From Octopus vulgaris (Eukaryota), in contig OX597814.1 in NCBI GenBank assembly GCA_951406725.2, positions 19,840,001 through 19,904,000 on the forward strand: a DNA stretch of 64,000 bases, in the 5' to 3' direction. This document shows, one piece after another, positions 44,594-57,467 of the stretch. Each line of letters starts with the position of its first letter. Positions within the stretch are counted from its first letter, which is position 1. Under the pieces are notes generated by a model that worked only from the letters and a program-made list of their open reading frames with translations, was not told where the DNA came from and did not search any database. The position numbers were made by a program, and so were the translations under genes.

Positions 44594-44633
<40 letters not shown>

Positions 44634-44745
44634 ATGTATATTTGTATACAGATATCTTTTTATGTATATGCGCATATCTATATACATATATATGTGCGCC
44701 TATGTATATATATATGTATATGTATGTATATATATGTGTATGTGT

Positions 44746-44805
<60 letters not shown>

Positions 44806-44868
44806 GTATATATATGTATATATATATGTGTGTGTGTGTGTATATATGTATATATATATATGTATATA

Positions 44869-44922
<54 letters not shown>

Positions 44923-44966
44923 CATATATGTATGTAGATAGATGTTCATACGTATCTGTATTTATG

Positions 44967-44999
<33 letters not shown>

Positions 45000-46394
45000 C
45001 CATGTGTGTATATGTGTATATACATGTGTGCTTGTCTGTGAGTGTGTGTGTGTGTGTATGTGTGTGTGTGTGTGTGTGTACACGCGTGCGTTTAAGTTTG
45101 GTTTTACATATAAGAAAAAGAGAATTTACTACGCAAAACAGAGTATATGAAACATTTTATTAGCTCAGAGCATTACACAAGTTGCTCCAATGGCTAGAGT
45201 TTCGTGCCAAATTTCAGTCTATGATCTGATGACTGTTAATGCTTGTATGTATGTATTTATATATGCATGCGCTTGGGTGTGCTAGTGCGTGTTTTTGTGT
45301 GAATGTATGTATCCATGGAAGTATATGTATTTCTTCTGCCAAATTCCGCATCTAAGATATCTGTCAATCCGAAGCTGTGGTAAGAGATATTAGCTTAAGA
45401 TGCCACTACACAGGAATGCTTGCATTCACTTAGTTTGCAAGATGTTTTATGGTATTTACTAGAACCACTTAATTTAAATTTGGGAATTCTCAAAGTGAAA
45501 AGCAATGAATCTATTTAAATTCCCATTACAACTGTTTTATGCTACTAATATTTCATTCTTAACTAATAAACGATTATTAGTTTTACGTTCTTTCACATGT
45601 CTTGTGGCGATGTAAGTAGAACCTTTTCTGTTCATATCATTTAGGTGTAGATTGTTTAAGCTTATCGTTATTAACCTAGGTGTTAGCCATCGCTTTGTGG
45701 GTGTTGAGAGCTGACAAAGAAGCTGCAAATGTCAAGCGGGTGCTATAGAAGCCACTGAGTATATAATGGGGGTCGGGAGTTTTAAACTAGGTACAAAACA
45801 TATTTTAAACATACTTTTATTAAAAAAAAAATCCTTTGCCGTGGCCGAATATATTTCAGAAGCGCCGTAAGCTGACGTCTTGTTTTTGCTTTCATGAGGG
45901 CTGCATTTTTTATTTTATTGTTTAATTTTATTGTTAAGCCGACCAAGACTGTACAGGACTGATTGACCATTTTCTTCCTCACCCTGCGGGGCAAAATGTT
46001 GAAAGAAGAAAATATATTTCAAATCAGGACGAATTTTCAAAATGGCTTCCACACTTCCCTATGCCAGCCGTCAAGCAAGAGCGAAAGATAGAATGTAATT
46101 TTGAAGGTGAAGCTGTCATCGCAGTCAATACCTATACATCATCACAGCAGAAGTAATGATCTACAAAAGTTACAGCATCCTTAGCAACAACGACAAATCC
46201 AATACCTTATGAGAAAAATTCAACAGCATTTTTCTCATAAGATATTGGAATCTTACATATTTACTATTCAGCCTAAAAAATGGATCTACAAATTTAATAT
46301 CCCTACATATCTTGCATCTATTTTCTTTCCTCCACCTCATTCTCTATTTTGAAACCCATCTAAATTAATTATTATTTAACCATCCTCTCACACC

Positions 46395-46446
46395 GTCTCC
46401 GATGAAGGGATATAATTAATAGATATCCTGGAAACAGCTGTAAGAC
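46395..46446 (+). ncRNA. Type I hammerhead ribozyme motif
   Basis: gtct-CCGATGA-a-gggatat-aattaatag-atatcct-g-GAAAC-agct-GTA-agac, with palindromic stem III ACAGCTGT. Confidence 0.7.
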
Positions 46447-46560
46447 CTATCTATAAATGTTATACTATCTACACAGCCTTGGTTTTTATCTCATTACGCA
46501 AAAAATTCTTATATATATGCATAAAAATAAGTAATTATTCATTAAGAGAAAGACCACCAA

Positions 46561-46728
46561 GTGGCTTCCTTGCTTGCTTAAAGATGTCAGATCTTCAAAC
46601 CACGAAAGATAAGTTCTCATACATTTTTTTTCATATTGCCTTACCAGCTTACATCCAACGCGCTATGCATGAGAAGGTATTTTTTGTGGTTTGAAGATCT
46701 GACATCTTTCAGCAAGCAGGAAAGTCAC
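46561..46728. mobile_element. Hairpin MITE-like element
   Basis: ~60-bp inverted arms: tgcttgcttaaagatgtcagatcttcaaaccac / gtggtttgaagatctgacatctttcagcaagca. Confidence 0.7.
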
Positions 46729-46876
46729 GTATAATTACCTATGGTTATACACACACATATATATATATATATATGAATTATTTACAGCCTACAGACAATT
46801 TTTTATGCATGCTGGCCACTGTTATAAATTATTATTATTTTTAATAATTTTTACCCATAATATGCTTATATTTAAA

Positions 46877-47272
46877 CTAGCAGTATCGCCCGGCGTTGCT
46901 CGGGTTTGTAAGGGAAATAACTATATAAGCATTTTTAGAGATGTAAAGTATAATAGCCATCTCAATATGGCTAACCACAAAGGGGGGGGGTGTTACTGTA
47001 GCTTTTTTTCGTTCTGAAATTTAATAATAAATTTTTAGAGAGTTACTTCCCTTATATATGCCAAAAATGCATTTAAAATGGGAGAAATTGATGGTAAATT
47101 ATTTTTAAAATCGTAGACTCATCGTAGACGCGCGCTAATACCCAGAAGGGCTCGATATGAATCACGACTATAAGGTACCCGGTTTTGGTTAAACTGCACC
47201 GCAAAATGTGGGAGTAGTTAGGAATCTAAATCGTAGGAGACAGACAGCACACAACCTCACTTTTATATATAA

Positions 47273-47275
<3 letters not shown>
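46877..47275 (-). mobile_element. Non-autonomous Helitron
   Basis: Minus strand starts A|TCtttatatataaa and ends cccgagcaacgccgggcgatactgCTAG|T, i.e. a 3' hairpin plus CTAG at an A/T insertion site. Confidence 0.8.
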
Positions 47276-47337
<62 letters not shown>

Positions 47338-47359
47338 CATGTATGCATGTATGTATACA

Positions 47360-47515
47360 CGACGACTTCAACACAGTTTTTGTCTACTCACAAGGCATTG
47401 ACCGGCCTGAGGCAATAGATAAAAGCACTCGTCCAAGATGCTTCACAGTGAGACTGAACTCGAAACCATGCGGTTGCAACGCGAGCTTCTTAACCACACA
47501 GCTCTGCCTCCGCCT
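47360..47515 (-). mobile_element. CORE-like SINE fragment (diverged)
   Basis: Reverse complement of the family A head. Confidence 0.6.
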
Positions 47516-47529
47516 ACGTAAAACATATA

Positions 47530-49500
47530 CAACGTCTAAGATTATGGAGAATGATTTTTTTTATTATCAATCTGTGATCGATTTTCGCTTCTTTTTTCTA
47601 ATCTTTTTGATAACTGTTCGTTTTACCAATAGTTTTTTGTTGCCTCTCTACAATTTTTTGTTTGTTTCTGACACTCTGTTTTGCTCCTCTTATAAAATAT
47701 TCTTATTTTCTAGCTGAGCGGTCAATTTATCAAAGTGTACAAAAACCACTTCTTTATATATAGTTAATAAACATTATTGCTCTCTGGTTTGTGGCGGGGT
47801 TCCTTAATATTATTTGGATGTTTGGTATCTAGTCATCAGTTCGATGTTGATTCTAGTCTTTGTAATAACTCATTGAATGCTGTTGCTACAGATCCTTGTA
47901 TACTGCTGAAGTACTTCCACCAGAAGTTAGGATTATTATCAACCCTAGAACCTTTCGGCTACCAGCGGCCTTGATTTCGCTAGTAAATTCCCTGTTCATA
48001 ATCCAGGGCGATCCTCGCTGTGTTATTATACATTTTCCCTCCTTCTTGCAATCTATTGAGTATCGTTATTGCAGTGAACATTATTGTTCCATATGTTCTC
48101 CCAGTGTAATTGGATTTCTTTTGATGTTAACGTATCTTCCAATATTCTGTTTTTTTATTTTTTATATTTTTTTACTGATGTCCCAGGAGAATGTTCAAGT
48201 TTTTTTTTTATTTTGTCTTTTGTTTGTTTGTTTCTATTTTATTTTTATTTCTTTATTGTTTTTTTTTGTTTTTTTGTTTTTTTGAAGTACACGATTCTGA
48301 TTGAAGAATCTGCTCTCACGTATTTCAAAGCGTCTTAACCGGAAAGTTTTTGCCAGAAGCAGGTGTTTTGATCTTTCTTTCACTTCCAGGATCTCTTTTC
48401 CTTTTCTTGAGATTGATTTTTTATTAATATTGGATTCGTTTGTTCTTTTGGGATTTTTTTATCGTTTCCTCTTAGATCCCTTTCTATTTCTCTGAATAAG
48501 GACAGGTCATTTCTCATTCGGTCAATTTTGAATAATATATTTTTCTTTCCACTGTTTTATGAGGGGCTTGGGTGAGAGTTGACTTATCCGGTTTTCCCTC
48601 CACACTGCTACGACCACCAGTAAAATTTGGTTGTTTAACCTTATTGTTTTTTTGGGGTTTGCTTTTGTGGAGAGAAAAAAATTGATGATCGTATTGTATT
48701 TGACTATTATTTCCTGGATATGTTTGTTTATTCGAAGCTTCGAGAGGTATTTTATTGATTGTATTTATTGATTTTTCTATGTTTAATTATATTTTCTTTG
48801 TTGTTCTAAAAGATTTTTTTTTCTCATTGTTGACTCTGCTTATTCTGTTATGATGTGAGTTTAAATTCTTTTTTATTATTATTATGTGTGGAGCGAAAAT
48901 ATATTTTTGTTGAGGTTGGATATTTGCCAAGTTGTTTTCATGGGTCTTGTGTGTGTTTTCGTCCTTCCTTAGCTTTTTTGTATGTCTGTTTACATTTCGT
49001 GGTGGTAACTCGTTATCGTCATGTGTGGTCGGATCTGTTGTGTTATCTTCATTATGATTTGATGGCTCATCTGCTATACGCGATCATTTTATTTTTGCAT
49101 TATGTTTGTTTTGTGGTCTCCTCTACTTCGTGTGTAATAAATCTTGTGGTGATTTCATTGGGTTTTGTGAGATTGTGATTTTTAGATGAGCTCTGTTCGT
49201 TTATTTTATTTTCAGTGTACGTATTCTTTGTGTATGAGTTATTCTATAATCGATAGCTCAGAATTTTTAATTATTTTTTTTATAAATCTCTGTACATTCG
49301 CTAATGTGTTTGAATCTACTTTCTACCTCACATCTATATGCTTTTTCTTCTCGTATTCTCCCAGATCTCTTATATGAGTAGTATATGCTGGCTGCAGTAT
49401 GGCTGTGTACAATGTGTTGGATATTGTATAGCTACGTACAAAAAGTGTAACTCTCCTCAGCGGTACTTTTGATTTATGTACCTATTGTTATATGTCGATA
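47530..49500 (-). mobile_element. Old R4/Dong-type element, N-terminal/early RT region (highly decayed)
   Basis: Minus-strand translation gives HWENIWNNNVHCN, DNNPNFWWKYFSSI and RLRRFEIRESRFFNQNR remnants. Confidence 0.6.
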
Positions 49501-49888
49501 GACACTAGCGAGAGGTAATTAATATTACCTGTCGATAGACACTAGCGAGAGGTAATTAACATTACGATGCTTGTGTCACAAGTGGTTCGCATCATGTGGA
49601 TATTACACTCGCGATATAGTATTCTTTCTAAATCCTAAACCAGCGGGTGATATTTTTATATTTCATTGTATTATTGGCCAAACTTTCTGTGTTGAATATC
49701 GTTGGTTTTCTTTAGAGCTGGTTCAATGTAAGATTTTTTGTTTGTGTCTCATTTTCTCCATTTTATTGTAATTGCGCATTGTTATTTGTTAGTGAAACCA
49801 GTATTATTATAATCAAGGAAAGAAAGATACAAACTAAATATTGGCTGTATTTACTGAATGTTCAAATAACATCGCTAATCATTTAATC

Positions 49889-49956
<68 letters not shown>

Positions 49957-49960
<4 letters not shown>

Positions 49961-51945
49961 ATTGTCTTTTCACAGCTTCTAATACGGTGTCAGCTGTATT
50001 ATTTTTTTCGAGCATCATCCGGAGTATTCGAGCAGTTCCAAGCAGTGCTGCTTTCTGCAGGTGCTCCACTCTTATTGCAGCCCCTATTTGTTCCTTGTAC
50101 TTCTCAAGATTTTTTTCTCATTATTCTCAGGGCTCCGATAATTATTGGTACTACCACCACCTTTTTTCAGCGACCAAACTGCTTAACCTCCCAAGCTAAC
50201 CTGTCATATTTATCGACTTTTCTTTCTTTCTTACCGCATTCCTTGTTGTCAGCTGGGCATGCTATATCAATGATCCAGCATCGTTTGCTTTCTTTCTCAA
50301 TTACCACTATATCTGGTTTCTTATTCTCTATCTCATAGTCGTACTGAATCATAAAATCCCATAAGATCTTTGCATTATCATTTTCGATTATGCCTTCGGG
50401 TTTATGTTTGAGCCACCATTTTGCTTTGCCAAGTCCATACTAGTTTCAAAATGTCCAATGGACAATCCTTGCTATGTTGTCATGACGTCTCTTATATTCT
50501 TTCTGGGCTAGTGGCGTACATTGGCTGGTGATATGCCATACGGTTTCACCATTTTGTCCACAAATTCTGCACTTATCACTTTCTGATGTGTTGTCTATTC
50601 TGTATTGATGTAATTCGTTCTTAATACTTGCTCTTGGGCAGGCAGCACAGATTAGAGCCGCCGTTTCCGGTTTTAAATTACTTTTAGTCATCCACAACCA
50701 TCTTTTTTCTCTGTCTATCTTATCTTCAACATCCCTATGAAATTTCTTTATCCACCTATTTTCAGTTTCATTCATTCTCAAGTGATTGCGCAGTGCTTTA
50801 TCTTTGCAAACTTCCATCCTACGCAAGCCTGACCTTCTTACTTCCAATAATAGCGGTTCCGTGGCATTTTTTACATATCATACTATGTTGTTTTCTCCCG
50901 CTCTAATGCTGTGTTCGCATCCAATAAGTCCTCTTCCTCCTCTTTTTCTTATCTGTGTCACCTTTCGGGGCGGAGTATCCCATATCTAGTTAGCAACTTC
51001 CTTGTTTTTCTGTCTAAGCTGTTTAGTTCGTCTACTGTCCACGCGAGTACCCCTGCTCCATATCTAAGGAGTGAAACCGCTCAGGTGTTGCTAGCTTCAA
51101 CCTTATTCCGTCCGTTTAATTTCGACTTAAGGATCAGTTACAGTCTGTGCAAGTACTCCACCTTAAATGTTTCTGCCATTTCTTTCTCCATCAATTCATC
51201 AATTTCCAATACCCCCAAGTGCTTATAGACCGTCTCTTCTATCTGCATCATAACGTCCCCTGACGGTATCACTAGCCTGTCCATACATTTGATTTTGCAT
51301 CTCTCCAAGACTAACACCCCACACTTTTTCAGTCCGAACTCCATTCTGATTTCAGCATTGAAAGTATACACCGTATCAACGAGGGAACTGATCGGGCTTC
51401 ATCTTTACCATAAAGTTTGCGGTCATCCATGAATAACAAATGGTTGACTTTCTGTTGGCGGCTCTTGAATACATACCCAGCTTTTTTTGCTTTCCTCATG
51501 TCATTGAAATTTTTCGTTTCTTGGTTCAATTTCCACCGATCAACCTTTTTAAGGTTGCAAATAATGTAGCTATCGTTCTTCTGTAGCTATGCCTTTATTC
51601 TGTCGCAGATTGCCTTTTGCTCATCTGTCATGTCACCATTAGTTTTATTGTCCTCTTCCAAACCATCTATATGTCTTTCATCGAGCAAGCTATCACTGTT
51701 CCTTTCCTGTGGACTATTAGAGATTTCACCTCTGTTTTCTGCTATGAGATTACTTTTATTAGTAAGAACTGTATTTTCATTGTTAGCTCTGCTGCTATTT
51801 TCCAAGACCCATCTTTTGACAGCTTCGAGCTCTACTTCTGTGAACCAACGATATTTTCTGATTGCTCTAGCTTGATCACATGATCGCTGTTCTGTGAGTT
51901 GAAACATTCCTCTTTCTCTCCATTGATCATACATAGAGAGAAAGA
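49957..51945 (-). mobile_element. R4/Dong-type REL retrotransposon family 1, internally deleted, in (TAA)n
   Basis: Motifs: N-terminal EQRSCDQARAIRKYRWFTEVELE; RT NHLLFMDD, MEFGLKKC and YKHLG; zinc knuckle CRICG...HITSQC; RRHD; REL KPDIVV...DIACP...K..KY and LQKAALLG. Confidence 0.9.
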
Positions 51946-52074
51946 AGATTATTATTATTGTTATCATTATTATCATCATCATTATTATTATTGTTGTTGT
52001 TGTTATTATTATTATTATTATTATCATCATCATCATCATCATCATCATCATAATCATCATCATCATCATCATCC

Positions 52075-52602
52075 TCATTGAGGGAGAGAGTAATGCATGC
52101 CATCGACAGTGACACTGGGGTACAAATATACGAAGCCCAATATACCCATCGTGAGTACCCGTCTGATAAGAGTACACCAGACACATGCATCACAACCATA
52201 TGTGCGCAACATGGTGAACTTATATCAAGATAAACAGCACATAACTTTGCAGATGGGGCATAGTTAGAACTTTCTTCAGGTTTAGTAGCCCATCCCGCTC
52301 AAAGTTCTCTGAATGAGGGTTGTTTAAGGATGATGAACAAAACACACATGCTTCCAGATGTGAATTACTCAGAAAAGAATGCCTCTCAACACATTTCTAT
52401 GATACTCCCCCACTACTCCTGCTCGTGATCAGAGATGCACATATTGTCAGCCACTAAGGGACTTGCTCAGCTGGTTACGGTCAAGCAACTGACAAGCAAG
52501 TCTATGGTATTGAGCAAAATATTTGTTGTAGCCCATCTTTTTACACATCCAATCAGTTAAGATCAGAAGTCATGAAAGCTAGTGCCTGGTTCTGTATCAG
52601 GG

Positions 52603-52605
<3 letters not shown>
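52075..52605 (-). mobile_element. ~530-bp non-coding element bounded by (TAA)n-type tracts (longest copy)
   Basis: Homologous to 52663-53140 and 22320-22612, with no convincing ORF. Confidence 0.7.
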
Positions 52606-52662
<57 letters not shown>

Positions 52663-52664
<2 letters not shown>

Positions 52665-53139
52665 GAGTGAGAGAGCAGTGCATGCCATCAAAGTGACACT
52701 GGGGTAAAATATACGAAGCCCAATATACCCATCATGACTACCCGTCTGATAAGGGCACACCAGGCACATGCATCACAACCATATGTGCACGACATGGTGA
52801 TCTCATATCAAGATAAACAGCACATGACCTTGCAGGTGGGGCCCAGTTAGAATTTTCTTCAGGTCGAGTAGCCCATCCCACTCAAAAGGTCCCTGAATAA
52901 GGGTTGTTTAAGGATGTTGAAAGAACCACCCATGTTTCCAGAGGTGAATTATTCAAACCTCAAAGAATCCCTCTCAACACATGGCTATGATGCTCCCCCA
53001 CTACTTCTGCTCGTGATCAGAGATGCACATATCGTCAACCACTAAGGGACATGCTCAACTGGTTAAGGTCAAACAACTGACAAGCAAATCTGTGGTATTG
53101 AGCAGAATATTTGCTGTAGCCCATCTTTTATACCAAGAC

Positions 53140-53140
<1 letters not shown>
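52663..53140 (-). mobile_element. Second copy of the same non-coding element, 5'-truncated
   Basis: Shares the low-coordinate end (tgagtgagagagcagtgcatgccatcaaag) but lacks the high-coordinate end. Confidence 0.75.
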
Positions 53141-53171
<31 letters not shown>

Positions 53172-53176
<5 letters not shown>

Positions 53177-54535
53177 TAGTTTTATTTTTATAGCGTGCTT
53201 TCACTTCACTACCGAGCGCAGCTCTGTGTGCCTTGGGTATGTGCTGTGATTTGTTGTGATGCTCTGATAGTTATTGTATGGAAAGTGTTCTGCGTAGGAT
53301 GTGTGCAGTGCCTAGTAGTGCAATTTTCTGTATGTTATATGTGTTTGTAAGTCCTGGTGTTTTTGTTATGTATTTGTCTGAATATTTTTTTATCATGCCT
53401 AATGCACCTACTATGATAGGAATTGTTTCTGTTTTCAGGTTCCACATTCTAGTTACCTCTATTTCCAGGTCTTTGTATTTTGAGAGTTTCTCCATTTCTT
53501 TTTGAGACACGTTGTCATCTGCCGGTATTGATACATCAATTAGAAAGCATTTTTTTTCTTCATGATCTCTGACAACTATATCTGGTCTGTTGGCCTTAAT
53601 TTCTCTATCTGTGTGTATCGGCATATCCCAGAGTATGGTTGCTTTCTCGTTTTCTGTGACCTTTTCTGGTGTGTGCCTATACCATCTTTTTTCTGTTGTT
53701 ATTCCATAATGTTAGCATAGCTTCCAATGTATGTAGGTTCCAACTCTGTCATGTCTGTGAATATATTCCTTCTTAGCCAGGACTGGGCAGCTAGAGATAA
53801 TATGATTTATTGTTTCTTGTCCATCTCCACATATTCTGCAGTTACTTGTAATATTTCTTTTCATTACATGTTTTTGGTAATTTCTGGTGGGGAGGCTTTG
53901 GTCTTGTGCTGCAATTAAAAATCCCTCTGTTTCTGCTTTGAGTCCTGAGCTTCTCAACCATTGCTGGGATTTTTCTTTGTCTATTTCTTTTGCGTTTAGT
54001 TTAGTGCAGTATTTACCATGAAGGGGCTTTTCTTGCCATCGTTTTATCATGGCTCGTTGCTGTTCTATTTTTAGTTTGGATTTCATTTGTTTTATAGCTT
54101 TTGTTGTTTCTTCATCATCTTCTTCTTCTTCTTTGTGTTTATTAGGTGGTATGATTTCTTGTTTGTATTTGTCAGCTTCCTTAAATACTGAGAACAGTTT
54201 TTTGTTTTGCTCGTGTTTTGCTGCTATCTGGATCAGTTTTCCTTCCTTCTGAAGTAGGTATTTTTGCAGTCCTATGGTGGTTATTTTATAGTAGTTTTCC
54301 AGCTGTATAAGGCCTCTACCACCTTCTATACGTTGTATATATAGTCTTTCTATGTCAGATTTTGGGTGATGCATCCTAGATCCTGTCAGTATTTTTCTTG
54401 TTTTCCTATCTATTTTGGACAGTTCATTTCGTGTCCAGTTAAGGATATTGTAGCTGTAACTTATAACTGGGACAGCTAAAGTGTTGATACCTATTATCTT
54501 GTTTTTAGCATTGAGCTCTGTTTTTAGTATTGATC
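53172..54535 (-). mobile_element. R4/Dong-type REL retrotransposon family 2, 5'-truncated, nearly intact frame
   Basis: One reading frame 53271-54535 with a single stop at 53712-53714. Motifs are RLY..R.EGGRGL, GLKAETEGF..AAQDQ, CRICG...HIISSC, RHD, ANRPDIVV, IDVSIP and KLSKYKDL. Confidence 0.92.
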
Positions 54536-54592
<57 letters not shown>

Positions 54593-54596
54593 TATT

Positions 54597-54692
54597 ATTC
54601 TATGTTTGACTTTTGCTTTACATTTGTACAAGTTGGCTCCAAGTCTCACCCAGAGACCTCAAGAGACAACAGGTTGGAAGTTCATGTTGGTG
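54597..54692 (-). mobile_element. 3' UTR stub of Dong-type family 3
   Basis: Matches 57465-57560 and is flanked by (TAA)n. Confidence 0.75.
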
Positions 54693-54697
54693 TTATT

Positions 54698-54735
<38 letters not shown>

Positions 54736-54752
54736 AATCATCATCATCATCA

Positions 54753-54790
<38 letters not shown>

Positions 54791-54823
54791 GTTATTATTA
54801 TCATCATTATTACAATTATTACT

Positions 54824-55014
54824 AGGCGGAGAAATGGCAGAAACGTTAGCACGCCGGGCAAAATGCTTAGCAGTATTTCATCTGTCTTAACGTTCTGAGT
54901 TCAAATTCCGCCGAGGTCGACTTTGCCTTTCATCCTTTCGGGGATCGATAAATTAAGTACCAGTTGCATACTGGGGTCGATCTAATCGGATGTCCCCCTC
55001 CTTGAGTAGAAAAG

Positions 55015-55016
<2 letters not shown>
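54824..55016 (+). mobile_element. Nin/Deu-domain SINE
   Basis: Shows the family head and core. Confidence 0.8.
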
Positions 55017-55083
<67 letters not shown>

Positions 55084-55084
55084 G

Positions 55085-56580
55085 CCTTTGCCCAGGTTCT
55101 CACTCTGGAGATGTACTACGGTGTCAGCTATTCCCTACCAGTGAAGTAAGGTAACACCTCTTATTTTTCGAGCACCTTCCAGAGTATTCGAGCGGTTCCA
55201 AGCAGTGCTGTTTTCTGCAAATGCTCCAACCTTATTGCAGTCTCTATTTGTTCCACGTACTTCTCGAGATTTTTGCTCGCTGTTCACAGGGCTCTGATAA
55301 TTATTGGTACTACTGCTGCTTTTTCATCGACCACAACACCTTAACTTCCCAAGCTAACCTGTCATATCTATCGACTTTTCTTTCTTCCTGACCACATTCC
55401 TTGTTGTCAGCTGGGCATGCAATATCTATGATCCAGCATAGTTTGTCTTCTTTCTCAGTTAACAATGTCTAGCTGCCTATTCTCTATCTCATGGTCGCAC
55501 TGAATCATAAAATCTCATCGGATCTTTACATTTCTATTTTCGACGATGCCTTCAGTGTTGTGGTGGTACCAATGTTTTGCTGTCTCAAGTCCATACTTGT
55601 TGCAATATGTCCAATTGACAATCCTTGGTATGTTTTCATGATGTCTCATATTCTTTCTGGGCTAGTGGCGTACATTAGCTGGTAATATCCCATGCAGTTT
55701 CACCGTTTTGTCCACAGATTCTGCACTTATGACTTTCTGCTGTGTTGTCTATTCTGTATTTTATGTAGTTTGTTCTTAGTGCTTGCTCTTGGGCAGCACA
55801 GATTAAAGCCTTCGTTTCCGGTTTTAAATCACTTCTAGTCATCCACAGCCATCTTTTTTCCTTTGTTTGTCTTATCTTCAAATTGACCATGCATTCTTTT
55901 CTTTAACCACCTATTTTCAGTTTCATTCGTTTTCAATTTCTTGTATGGTGCTTTATCTTTGCAATCTTTCATCTTACACAAGACTAGTCTTCTTACTTCT
56001 AATAATAGCGGTTCTGTGGCATTTGTTGTTTCTTCCTGCTCTAATGATGTATTCGCATCCAATAAGTGCTCTTGCCCCTCTTTTTCTTGGTACATACACT
56101 CTGTCTGTGTCATCTTTTTGGGTGGAGTGACCCATATCTAGTCAACAACTTCTTTGTCTTTCTAAGCTAATTAGTTCGTCTACTGTCAATACGATTATGT
56201 TGTTTTTTCCTGTTCTAATGCTCTGTTCGCATCCAATCAATCCTCTTCCTCCTCTTTTTCTTGTCTGTGTCACCTTTTTGGGTGGAGTATCCCATATTTA
56301 GTCAGCAACTTCCTTGTCTTTCTGTCTAAGCTATTTAGTTCGTCTACTGTTCACGCGATTATCCCTGCTCCATATCTAAGGAGTGAAACAACCCGGGTGT
56401 TGATAGCCTCGACCTTATTCCGTCCGTTTAATTTCGACTCAAGGATCAGTCTCAGTCTGCGCAAGTACTCCACCTTAAATGTTACTGTTATTTCTTTCTC
56501 CATCAATTTATCCATTTCCAAAATCCCCAAGTACTTATAGCCCGTCTCTTCTATCCGCAACATAACCTCCCCCAGCGGTA
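55085..56580 (-). mobile_element. R4/Dong-type family 1 copy (decayed)
   Basis: Motifs YKYLGILE, LNGRNKVEAINT, LKPETKALICAAQEQALRTNY and CRICG. Homologous to 49957-51490. Confidence 0.88.
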
Positions 56581-57403
56581 GCTATTCCAGTTTTGAGGAA
56601 TAGTATGAGGAAGAGATGTTCACTTCATTGGATTTTTGAATTTCTGAATTTCTTTTCCTTTTTCTTTTGGAATTTTTCTTTTCTTTTTAAAAGTTTTGCT
56701 TTGGTTTACAGTTTTTGTAATTGTGCAGTATGTATATATTAGTAGATGCTTACTTCCTTAATTTTTTATCGTGCACTTAATTGTGTTGTTACAATAAAAG
56801 GCATGTTTACATATTCTGTTAGTCAGGGAATAAAGAAAGGAAAAATGTTCATACAAAGTTGGAGATATTAAAGCTTCTAAAATATTTGAAGTGTTCGTTT
56901 GTGTGTCCGTTCAGAGAAAACTGTGGTGCATTTTTACTATAAAAAGGGTGTTTACATTTTCAAATATTCAGGGGAAAAGGAACGGAAAGAAAAGGAAGGT
57001 AAAATATTTTCACAGAAAATTGTTGGTATGAATTTTTTAAAATTTATGGAGATGATCTTTTGTCTGCCCGAACAGAGAAAACTGTAGTGTTCTTGGAATA
57101 AAGAGGATGTTTACATTTTCGAATACTCTGGGGTAAAGGAAATGATAGGTATTCACAGAAGGTGTAGATATTAAAAGATTTAAAGCTGATCGTTTATGCG
57201 TTCGAAAGCTGTAGATATGTAAGATTCTTAACTTATTTTGAGAGGAATTCAAAATACTCACAGGAAACTGAAGATATTCCAGGCTTTTAGAATTATTTTT
57301 CAGTTGTCCTGCTGGGTTGTATTAGTGTTTCTGTGTCTTCAGCTGCTGACAAGTCAGAGCAGCGAAGAACACGTCCAGTCGCTGTCACGTCCAGCCATTT
57401 ATG

Positions 57404-57464
<61 letters not shown>

Positions 57465-57467
<3 letters not shown>

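Noticed and set aside
49491-49562. Two ~30-bp direct repeats (tgtcgatagacactagcgagaggtaattaa)
   Set aside because: A simple local duplication in eukaryotic DNA, not a CRISPR array.
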